Below, one piece after another: positions 56,505 through 64,000 of a DNA stretch of 64,000 nt (positions are counted from its first letter, which is position 1; every line of letters begins with the position of its first letter). The stretch is from an uncultured Holophaga sp. (GTDB taxonomy: Bacteria > Acidobacteriota > Holophagae > Holophagales > Holophagaceae). The stretch is taken from NCBI GenBank assembly GCA_963664825.1, contig OY761614.1:256001-320000 (forward strand), written 5' to 3'. Below the pieces are notes generated by a model. The model saw only the letters and a list, made by a program, of their open reading frames with translations. It searched no databases and had not been told where the DNA came from. The translations under genes and the position numbers were made by a program.

Positions 56505-57212
56505 ATGAACCTGATCCTGCTCCACCCCGAGGACTTCATCACAGAGGATCGCGTGCGCCTGACGGGGCGCCGCGCCACCCATGTCCGGGAGGTGCATCGC
56601 GCCCGGGAGGGCGATCACCTGGAGGTGGGCCTCCTCGGGGGCCTCCTCGGATCGGGGCGCATCCTCCGGTTGGACAGCGAATGTCTGGAAATGGAAGTGT
56701 TTCTGGACCGGCCAGCGCCCCCCAAGCGCCCCCTGACGCTGATCCTCGCCCTGCCCCGCCCCAAGGTGCTCAACCGCGTCCTGGCCTCGGCCACGAGCCT
56801 TGGCGTGGCTCGGATCTACCTCGTCAACGCCTGGAAGGTGGAGAAGGGCTACTGGAAGAGCCCCCGGATGGCCGAGGAGAACCTCCTGCAGCAGCGCCTC
56901 CTGGGCCTGGAACAGGCCAAGGACACGGTGCTGCCGGAACTGCATCTGCGGCGCCTCTTCCGCCCCTTCATCGAGGCTGAAGCGCCGGGCATGGCCAGCG
57001 GGAGCCTCGCCCTCCTGGGCCACCCCGGCGCCCCCAGCCCATGCCCCCGGGAGGTCCAGGGCCCCGTCACCCTGGCGGTGGGGCCTGAAGGGGGCTGGAT
57101 CGAGGCCGAACGCTTGAGCCTTGAAGCCGCGGGTTTCCAGCCCGTGGATCTGGGAGCCCGCATCTTGCGCACCGAGACCGCCGTGGCGGCGCTGGTGGGA
57201 CGGCTCTTCTAG
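56505..57212 (+). CDS. rsmE: 16S rRNA m3U1498 methyltransferase
   Basis: LALPRPK, GLEQAKDT.LP, VGPEGG and LGARILRTETA. Confidence 0.93.
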   Translation: MNLILLHPEDFITEDRVRLTGRRATHVREVHRAREGDHLEVGLLGGLLGSGRILRLDSECLEMEVFLDRPAPPKRPLTLILALPRPKVLNRVLASATSLGVARIYLVNAWKVEKGYWKSPRMAEENLLQQRLLGLEQAKDTVLPELHLRRLFRPFIEAEAPGMASGSLALLGHPGAPSPCPREVQGPVTLAVGPEGGWIEAERLSLEAAGFQPVDLGARILRTETAVAALVGRLF

Positions 57213-57244
57213 GCGCCTTCCCAAATCCCCGGCCCCGTCTTGAT

Positions 57245-57285
57245 CCCAGCCCTATACGACCTATCGTTGGGTCTCGTAGGCTGGG
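57245..57285. repeat. Imperfect REP-like hairpin upstream of the caspase gene
   Basis: cccagcc..tacga..tcgtaggctggg. Confidence 0.4.
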
Positions 57286-57397
57286 TGAACATATGAAAAT
57301 ACGGGCACCACCCATGGTTTAGCGCTGGAATCGACATCCTCATTCAACCTCGGATGATCACCCGCTCAAATCCTTTGCTCGCCTACGGAGGAACGCG

Positions 57398-58246
57398 ATG
57401 CCCAACCGAAAGGCCCTCTGCGTGGGGATCAATACCTTCAAGAATTACCCCACCGCCACCCTGCAAGGCTGCGTCAACGACGCCAACGACATGGCCTCCC
57501 TGCTCCGGGATCTCCTGGGATTTTCAGATTCCAATATCACCCAGCTCACCGATCAGCAGGCCACTAAGACCAATATCATGGGGGAGCTGAAAAAGCTGGT
57601 GGAGGCCGCCAAGAACGGCAAGGTCAACACCCTCGTCTTCAGCCTCTCCAGCCATGGCACCCAGGTGCCCGACATGAATAGCGACGAGACCGATCAGGCC
57701 GACGAGGCCTTCTGTCCCTATGATCTCGCCCAGAAGGGCTCCCAGTGGGATCCCAACCATCTCATCGTCGATGATGAGCTGCACGAGCTCTTCACCCAGC
57801 TCCCCTCCAATGTCCTCCTGGAGGTCTTCCTCGACACCTGCCACAGCGGCACCGGCCTCAAGGCCATCGATCTGCTCCTGGAGCGCAGGCCCCGGTACCT
57901 GCCGCCCCCCTCCCTGGATGCCTTCCGGGAGATGGAGCACCGCCATACCCGAAACATGCACACCAAGATGCTGGAGAAGGGCATCACCCATCACATCCTC
58001 TGGGCCGCCTGCCGCGCCAACCAGACCTCCGCCGATGCCTACATCGCCAACGCATGGCACGGCGCCTTCACCTACTTCTTCTGCAAGGAGATGCGCAATA
58101 GCAACAACAAGCTGACCCGGGCCAAGCTGCTGGCCAAAATCCGCACGGATCTCTCCGCCAGCCACTACACCCAGACCCCCCAATTGGAATGCGAGGCGAC
58201 CCTGCGGACCGCCATGCCCCGAGAGGGCATCCTGGTCGCCCACTAG
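57398..58246 (+). CDS. Caspase-family (peptidase C14) metacaspase
   Basis: ALCVGIN, LQGCVNDA, catalytic His SSHG, catalytic Cys DTCHSG, SADA, GAFT and QTPQL. Confidence 0.93.
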   Translation: MPNRKALCVGINTFKNYPTATLQGCVNDANDMASLLRDLLGFSDSNITQLTDQQATKTNIMGELKKLVEAAKNGKVNTLVFSLSSHGTQVPDMNSDETDQADEAFCPYDLAQKGSQWDPNHLIVDDELHELFTQLPSNVLLEVFLDTCHSGTGLKAIDLLLERRPRYLPPPSLDAFREMEHRHTRNMHTKMLEKGITHHILWAACRANQTSADAYIANAWHGAFTYFFCKEMRNSNNKLTRAKLLAKIRTDLSASHYTQTPQLECEATLRTAMPREGILVAH

Positions 58247-58265
58247 GGCGTTGTTGACGGCATTT

Positions 58266-58297
58266 CGAGTCGCGGAAGCGCGAGACTCCGCGACTCG
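58266..58297. terminator. Hairpin between the convergent caspase and nadC genes
   Basis: cgagtcgcgga-N10-tccgcgactcg. Confidence 0.55.
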
Positions 58298-58311
58298 GCG
58301 TCCTCCCGGGC

Positions 58312-59160
58312 TCAGGCCATCCGCAGGCTGAGATCGGCGGCGGGGGCGCTGTGGGTGAGGGCGCCGACGCTGAGGAAGTCCACCCCGGTCTCGGCCACCG
58401 AGCGGACCCGCTCTAGATCCAGATTGCCGCTGGCCTCCAGGAAGAGGGCGCGGCCCGAGGCCTTGCGAAGGGAGACGGCCTCGCGCAGGGTCTCCAGGGC
58501 CATGTTATCGAGCAGAATGCCATCCACTCCGGGAAGGGCCAGGCAAGTCTCCACCTGGGCCAGGGTCTCGGCCTCCACCTCGATCCGGATCAGATTCGGG
58601 GAGACCCGCCGGGCCGCCTCCACGGCGGCTTTGATCCCACCGGCAGCGGCGATGTGGTTTTCCTTGAGCAGGATCCCATCCCCCAGGGTGAGCCGGTGAT
58701 TGAAGCCGCCCCCACAGCGCACGGCGTATTTCTCCAGGAGCTTCAACCCCGGCGTGGTCTTGCGGGTATCGAGGATCCGGGCGCCCGTGCCCTCGATGGC
58801 GTCCACGAAGCGCCCCGTGAGGGTGGCGGTCCCCGAGAGGCGCTGCAGGAGGTTCAGCATCACCCGCTCGGCCATGAGGATCCCGTGGCTGGAGCCGCTC
58901 ACCCGCAGCACTTCGGTCCCCAGAGCCACGCGATCGCCGTCCCGGGCGAGAAGCCGCACATCCAGGCTGGCATCCACGGCATGGAAGACTTCCACGGCCA
59001 CCGGCAACCCCGCCAGCCGCAGCTCGGCCTTGGCCACAACTCTGGCGGTCATGTCTCGATCCGGCACGGAAGCCGTGGTCCAGTCCTGGGTGCCCCAGTC
59101 CTCCCTCAGGAAGGCCTGGATCTGCTCGATGTAGGAAAGGCGGTGGGGAGCGTTGAACAT
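58312..59160 (-). CDS. nadC: Nicotinate-nucleotide diphosphorylase (carboxylating)
   Basis: AERVMLN, DTRKTTPG, NHR, LKENH, IEVE, LLDN, EASG and SVGALTH. Confidence 0.96.
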   Translation of the reverse strand: MFNAPHRLSYIEQIQAFLREDWGTQDWTTASVPDRDMTARVVAKAELRLAGLPVAVEVFHAVDASLDVRLLARDGDRVALGTEVLRVSGSSHGILMAERVMLNLLQRLSGTATLTGRFVDAIEGTGARILDTRKTTPGLKLLEKYAVRCGGGFNHRLTLGDGILLKENHIAAAGGIKAAVEAARRVSPNLIRIEVEAETLAQVETCLALPGVDGILLDNMALETLREAVSLRKASGRALFLEASGNLDLERVRSVAETGVDFLSVGALTHSAPAADLSLRMA

Positions 59161-59294
59161 GGTGGCCTCGGAGTCCGAATACCGATTCTGCCATCTTTGC
59201 TCCCTCGTATTCAGAAGCGAGAAGGGGCTATTAGAGAAATATTTTTTGCCCCAGCGCCGCCCAGTGGCGCTAGGATTCCAGCCCGGAGTCCTCG

Positions 59295-59885
59295 ATGCAT
59301 GCACGTCTCCTGAAACCCGCCGATTACCGAGCCATGCCCTGGAAAAATGGGCTGGGCACCACCACCGAACTGGCCATCGAGCCTGAAGGCGCCACCCTGG
59401 AGAGCGGCTTCCAGTGGCGCCTCAGCATGGCCGATGTGCCCGAGGATGGTCCCTTCTCCCCCTTCCCCGATTACACCCGGACCCTCCTCCTCCTCAAGGG
59501 AAAGGGCATCGAGCTGAACTTCAACGGGAACGGCCGCCAGCGGCTGGAAAAGCCCTTCGAACCCGTGACCTTCCCGGGGGAATGGCCCGCCGTCGGCCAT
59601 CTCCTGGATGGCCCCTGCCGGGACTTCAATGTGATCACCCACAGGGGATTCACCCAGAAACTGAGTGTGCTCCACCCGGCTCCCCGGGCCGTGCTCCCGG
59701 CGGCGCCCACCCTGCTGATCTTCTGCGCCCAGGGCAGGGCGCGGGTGATGCCGACCGGAAGCGTGATCGGACACAATGAACTCCTCCGCCTGGATGGCGC
59801 CGACGCCGTGGAAATCAACGCCGAAGCCCCGGAGACCCTCCTGCTGGCCATCGCCATCGCGCCGGAGGCAGAGCCCGCCGACTAG
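59295..59885 (+). CDS. HutD/Ves-family protein
   Basis: MPWKNGLG.T.E, FQWRLSMA, GPFS.F and DFNV. Confidence 0.9.
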   Translation: MHARLLKPADYRAMPWKNGLGTTTELAIEPEGATLESGFQWRLSMADVPEDGPFSPFPDYTRTLLLLKGKGIELNFNGNGRQRLEKPFEPVTFPGEWPAVGHLLDGPCRDFNVITHRGFTQKLSVLHPAPRAVLPAAPTLLIFCAQGRARVMPTGSVIGHNELLRLDGADAVEINAEAPETLLLAIAIAPEAEPAD

Positions 59886-59915
59886 GTTCCCGAGGTAAGG
59901 GACCTGGGCCCCCTT

Positions 59916-62033
59916 TTATCGCTTCTTGCCCATCTCTCCGATCACGATGGACACCGTCTGTTCATTATTGTTCATGTCCACGGCCTTGACGGTGACGCGG
60001 TCACCCCGCATCCGATCCCGGGGGACGAGCACATCGAAGCGCTCCTCCTTCATATCGAAGACCCGGTCCTCGGGCGCGATCTGGAGCCACTGATCGCCAT
60101 CGGCGCTCACGGCCGCTTCCTTCAGGATGGAGGTCTCGTCCCGGGCCAGGAAGCGCACGCGAACGCCCTCGCCCTCGGGGATGGCGGTGAATTCCGTGAT
60201 CACCGGAGGCGTGTGGTCCACCAGGAAGGGGGCCGTCCTCCAGGTGGAGGTCTCCGCCAAATTGAATGGTTGGCTGGGGAGATCGGAAGCCGTCACCTCC
60301 AGGCGGTACTTGCCATCGGGCACAGGCAGGGTATCGAAGGTGAAGAAGCGCTCCTTCCAGACCTTCTCCAGTTCGATGGGCGAACCCTTCTCCGGCAGGA
60401 GCCGCAGGCGGAACTGGAGCTGATCCCCGTTGGGGTCGCTCACCTTGAACTGGAAGGCCTGGGCCCCCCGGCGGAAGCTGCGCTTTTCCGTCCCCATGTA
60501 GCCGAGGGCGGGCAGGAGTTTCTGCGTATCCATGGGCACCCGTTCGATGCCGATATCATCCGGAGGCGCCGTGCGGGTGATGACCAGGCCCGGAGGCATG
60601 ATTTCCACATTCTCCCAGAGGGGAGCCAGGTTCCGGTTGCCCCAATGCAGGCGCACACCCTCGACGACGGGGGTCGCGCCCCCCCGGGAGCTCGTGAGCC
60701 TCAGGCGAAACTGGGCGAAGCGGGCGGGCTTCAGGTTGGGGCGCTCGCCGCTGCGCAGGGGCGGCGTCCAGGGCGACCAGGTGCCATCGGGCGTCTCCGT
60801 CGAACCCACCCGGTACTGCAGATCCACGTTGGTGCCGCTGGGAGCCTCGAAATCCAGGTAGGCCCTGCCCCAATCGGCGATGGGAGAGCCCTTCAGGACC
60901 CGGCTCTCCAGGGTGCCCTCAGTGGCCTGGCTCTCGGAGAGCAGATGGATCTCCGCGGGATTGGAGCCGATCACCATCAGGTTCGATCCGGCCCCCAGGA
61001 AGGCGCTGGCCTGGGCCGTGCCCAAGTCCTGGATCACCCCGAAGGGATCGAGATCCCGGCCCTTATCGGCCAGGGGGATGCTGAAGATGCGGGAGCGGTT
61101 GCCCGTGCCCACCAGGAGTTGGCTGCCCCAGGTGGAGAGGGTGAAGACCTGGGCCTGGGCGCTCTGCCAGAGGGTCTCGGGCACCCGGTTCCGGTCCAGG
61201 CGGATCACGGCGCCCTTGGTGGAGACCCCGGCTTCGGCGAGGTAGCCCTCCCGGCGCTCCAGGTTCCCAGAGGCGAAGCGGTTGGCCAGCCCGTTGCTGG
61301 CCCCGACAAATATCTGGCCATCGTGAGTGATCAGGCTGCGCACTTCCTCGAAGCCCGTGGCATGGAGCGTCTCCAGCCGGTCTCCGGTCTGCACGCCGGA
61401 ATAGTGAAGCACGAGGCCCCGGCCATGGGAGCCCAGGTAGAGGCCCCCCTGCCCATCCGAGACCATGCAGGTGAAGGCGGTCTCCTCGGGCAGTTCCGCC
61501 AGGCGGCGGCTGAAATTCTCCCGGGCCAGCAGCAGCACGGCGCCCTTCTCGCCCCCACCGGCCACCAGCAATTCACTGCCGTGGAGGCTAAGAGCCCAGA
61601 CCATCTTGGCGTCGATTTCGGCATAGGGCTTGACGTCACCCCCCGGGGTCACGCGAAACAGCTTGCCCTCCCCGGTGGGGGCCACGATCAGATCCGGCCC
61701 GAGCTTCACCATGGCGAAGACGATGCCCCCCTTGACCTGGCCCAGGGGCTTCATCTGACCCGCAGCATAGTGGAAGAGCTTGCCATCGTTGCCCGCGCTC
61801 AAATACGCCCCGCCCGCCCCGTCGGAGATGGCGGCCCAGACGACGCCTTCGGGCAATTGGGCCACGCGCCGCAGCGCAGGCGCCAACCGGAGTCGGCCAT
61901 CGGCTCCGATGCGCACCCCATGGGCGTCGGCGCCCAACCAGTCGTTGAAGGAGGCGAAATTCGCCATCGGGGGCTCAGCCTGGATCACCAGCGCAGGCAT
62001 CATCAGCGGAATCATCGCCTTCACTCGCATCAT
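59916..62033 (-). CDS. Exported beta-propeller + Ig/FN3-like protein of unknown function
   Basis: Signal-like N-terminus, repeated (L/V)(Y/L)(L/V)G(T/S)G..G.(L/I)F blades, WSPW, DPNGDQL, PDGKYRLEVTASD and VDHTPP. Confidence 0.75.
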   Translation of the reverse strand: MMRVKAMIPLMMPALVIQAEPPMANFASFNDWLGADAHGVRIGADGRLRLAPALRRVAQLPEGVVWAAISDGAGGAYLSAGNDGKLFHYAAGQMKPLGQVKGGIVFAMVKLGPDLIVAPTGEGKLFRVTPGGDVKPYAEIDAKMVWALSLHGSELLVAGGGEKGAVLLLARENFSRRLAELPEETAFTCMVSDGQGGLYLGSHGRGLVLHYSGVQTGDRLETLHATGFEEVRSLITHDGQIFVGASNGLANRFASGNLERREGYLAEAGVSTKGAVIRLDRNRVPETLWQSAQAQVFTLSTWGSQLLVGTGNRSRIFSIPLADKGRDLDPFGVIQDLGTAQASAFLGAGSNLMVIGSNPAEIHLLSESQATEGTLESRVLKGSPIADWGRAYLDFEAPSGTNVDLQYRVGSTETPDGTWSPWTPPLRSGERPNLKPARFAQFRLRLTSSRGGATPVVEGVRLHWGNRNLAPLWENVEIMPPGLVITRTAPPDDIGIERVPMDTQKLLPALGYMGTEKRSFRRGAQAFQFKVSDPNGDQLQFRLRLLPEKGSPIELEKVWKERFFTFDTLPVPDGKYRLEVTASDLPSQPFNLAETSTWRTAPFLVDHTPPVITEFTAIPEGEGVRVRFLARDETSILKEAAVSADGDQWLQIAPEDRVFDMKEERFDVLVPRDRMRGDRVTVKAVDMNNNEQTVSIVIGEMGKKR

Positions 62034-62078
62034 CTCTCCATCTCCACTCGGCCCGACAGAGCTCGGACTCCCAATGTC

Positions 62079-63839
62079 CTATTCGATTTCCAGTTCCAGA
62101 CTCACGAGCCCATGGACTTCCCGCTCCAGCGGCAGGAGGGCCCGTCCCACGATGCGCCGCAGGAGGCGGTTGGTGGTGCTGTCCCCATCGCTGCCCAGCA
62201 GACTCGAGACCGTGGGCGGAATGCCCTCGATGCGGCTGCCCCGCAGCCCCGCCCCCGCCTGGGTCTGCACCAGCAGGCTGTAGGCGTGGTTGTTCCGCAG
62301 GGCTCCGTTCAGGATCCGCACCACGTCGCCCAGGCTGCTGATCTCGATGGCCCTCTCGTCGGGATCCGCCGCCACCAGGCTCCAGCCGTCTCCCACCAGG
62401 AGCGTGGCCTTGCCGGGTTTGGCCGAAGCGGGAACATTGATATTGAACGTGGCCGTTTCCCGGATGCCCTGGAAGTTCTGAAGCGTCACCAGCACGGGCA
62501 GGACCTCCCCCCGCTTCACCCGGGCCTTGAGGGTCCGCACGCCGGCGATGAGTGTCACGTCGAGGCGTTCCTCGGCCTTCACGTTCAGGGAGATGCCTTC
62601 GATATTGGCCCTTTCGAAGGGATTGAGGGTCACGGCCTGGGTGATGCCGCCCACGTACGTGGCCAGGCGCCCGGCGTTCAGGTCCGAGATCATGCTCTCG
62701 AGCTGGATGGGACTCTGACCGGCCAGCTTGATATTGCCCTGTAGCGATAGGCTCTGGAAGCCCTGGCCCCGGACATGGGTATTGAGGGTCTGGAGCAGCA
62801 CCATGGCGGCCAGATTGGGCGTGATGAAGGGGCTGTCCATGAGGTCGAAGCGGAAATTGAGATTGCGCTTGCCCCCCAGATTGAGGCCAATGCGCAGGGG
62901 CACCATCTTGGCTTCGGCCCCGATCACCCCCGCGACCCCGGCGCTCCGATCCAGGCGGAGGGCGCCGATGGGCGCCACGGAGCCTGAGAACTTGTAGGAG
63001 GAGCCATCCAGGGCCCCCACGTTGCCGAACACGGTGGCCGACCAGAGCGGCAGATCCACGGGCCCCAGATTGAAGAGCGGGTGGCCGAAGAGCAGCAGCT
63101 TCTTGCCCGAAACATAGGTGATGGTGCCGCTGGCGGCGAAATCCAGATCGCCCTGGACCAGGTGCACCGCCACCATGCCGCCGGGTTCCAGGGGGCTGGC
63201 TTCCGATCCCTTCGCATTCCCGGTATGGCCGCCGCTGCCCATGAAGCGCAGCGAAACGCCCTGCCACAGGGCCTGGGCCTCCGGGCCCAGATCGGTGCCG
63301 AAGACGGGCAGCGGAAGCGTCGCCGCATCCTGGGAGCCCGGCCCCATGAGCTCCCCCAAGGGGATCATCTCGCCCCGCAGGGCCGATTTCAGCACCTTCC
63401 GCGGCTCGATCTTGGGCAGGATCAAGGGCGTCTTGAAGGAGGGCGTCTCCGGGATCTCCTTGAGCTGCTCGAGCATCTCGGCGATGGGCGTGATGCCGGC
63501 CACGGGTTCCCTGGGAAAGGGCGGCCCCTGGGACAGGGCGCCGATGAGCTTGCCGTCGATGTAGCAGGGGGATCCGCTCATGCCATGGAGGAGGCCCGTT
63601 TCCGCCAGGGGGCCCCCGCTGGCCTTCACCCAGATGACGGCCCGCCCAGGCGCGGAGTTGCGCTGGACGCCCATCACCTCGAACTCGAAGCGTTCGATCT
63701 TGCCGCCCTTGAAGACCGTCCGCCCATGGCCCTTCATCCCGGGATGGATCTCGGAAACGGACATGGTGGGGGGAGCGGACTGGGCGCAAAGGGTGACGCC
63801 GAGCGCCAGGAGAGGAAGGAATCGTGTCAAGGGATGCAT
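62079..63839 (-). CDS. Exported SpoIVB-like peptidase S55 domain protein
   Basis: PGMKG.GRTVF.G, GMSGSP.YIDGKLIGA, TPIAEM, GT.TYV and FGHP. ATG 63839 is likely. Confidence 0.88.
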   Translation of the reverse strand: MHPLTRFLPLLALGVTLCAQSAPPTMSVSEIHPGMKGHGRTVFKGGKIERFEFEVMGVQRNSAPGRAVIWVKASGGPLAETGLLHGMSGSPCYIDGKLIGALSQGPPFPREPVAGITPIAEMLEQLKEIPETPSFKTPLILPKIEPRKVLKSALRGEMIPLGELMGPGSQDAATLPLPVFGTDLGPEAQALWQGVSLRFMGSGGHTGNAKGSEASPLEPGGMVAVHLVQGDLDFAASGTITYVSGKKLLLFGHPLFNLGPVDLPLWSATVFGNVGALDGSSYKFSGSVAPIGALRLDRSAGVAGVIGAEAKMVPLRIGLNLGGKRNLNFRFDLMDSPFITPNLAAMVLLQTLNTHVRGQGFQSLSLQGNIKLAGQSPIQLESMISDLNAGRLATYVGGITQAVTLNPFERANIEGISLNVKAEERLDVTLIAGVRTLKARVKRGEVLPVLVTLQNFQGIRETATFNINVPASAKPGKATLLVGDGWSLVAADPDERAIEISSLGDVVRILNGALRNNHAYSLLVQTQAGAGLRGSRIEGIPPTVSSLLGSDGDSTTNRLLRRIVGRALLPLEREVHGLVSLELEIE

Positions 63840-63973
63840 GGGCAACTCGAAACCATTTGTTATCAAGCCTAGCAGGGCGAGGCCTCCCAAAACCCGGGAA
63901 AGCCCTTCGAAGGGTCCAATGCCCTCACCGGCCCTTTGGTTCCGGCCCCGGATGGCCCTGCTAGGCTGGAGGC

Positions 63974-64000
63974 ATGCGGATTCTGATTCTAGGCGACGTG
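63974..64000 (+). CDS. Start of a gene, probably a YmdB-like metallophosphoesterase (truncated by window end)
   Basis: GGAGG RBS, then ATG reading MRILILGDV. Confidence 0.55.

Noticed and set aside
1..64000. tRNA, rRNA, prophage or integron integrase genes
   Set aside because: None was recognisable by eye; a covariance-model scan would be needed to exclude small RNAs.

Overview
GC-rich bacterial chromosomal window. Gene content and style suggest Acidobacteriota, class Holophagae (Geothrix/Holophaga-like); this is inference only. It holds about 55 CDSs, mostly housekeeping: secD-secF, PPi-type pfk, tnaA, rapA, era-lpxA-fabZ, cobB, phoB-phoR, rsmE and nadC. There are also several c-di-GMP and two-component genes, an Oar-like TonB receptor / Ig-NHL lipoprotein / TonB receptor trio, a vapBC module between two ~135-bp palindromic direct repeats, and a complete single-ORF IS66 with 17-bp IRs and an 8-bp TSD. 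No rRNA, tRNA or CRISPR array was seen. The most notable observations are: (1) an intact, full-length biotin carboxylase homologue whose catalytic residues are systematically replaced, next to an intact biotin-carrier gene; (2) an 11-bp-periodic Pho-box-like array between phoR and an EAL gene, which has lost its middle by an internal deletion with the old C-terminus surviving out of frame; (3) the repeat-flanked toxin-antitoxin cassette, with a duplicated cobB 5' end; (4) a ~110-nt structured dispersed repeat family; (5) a ThiE-AroK fusion; (6) a ComEA-like HhH insertion in SecF.
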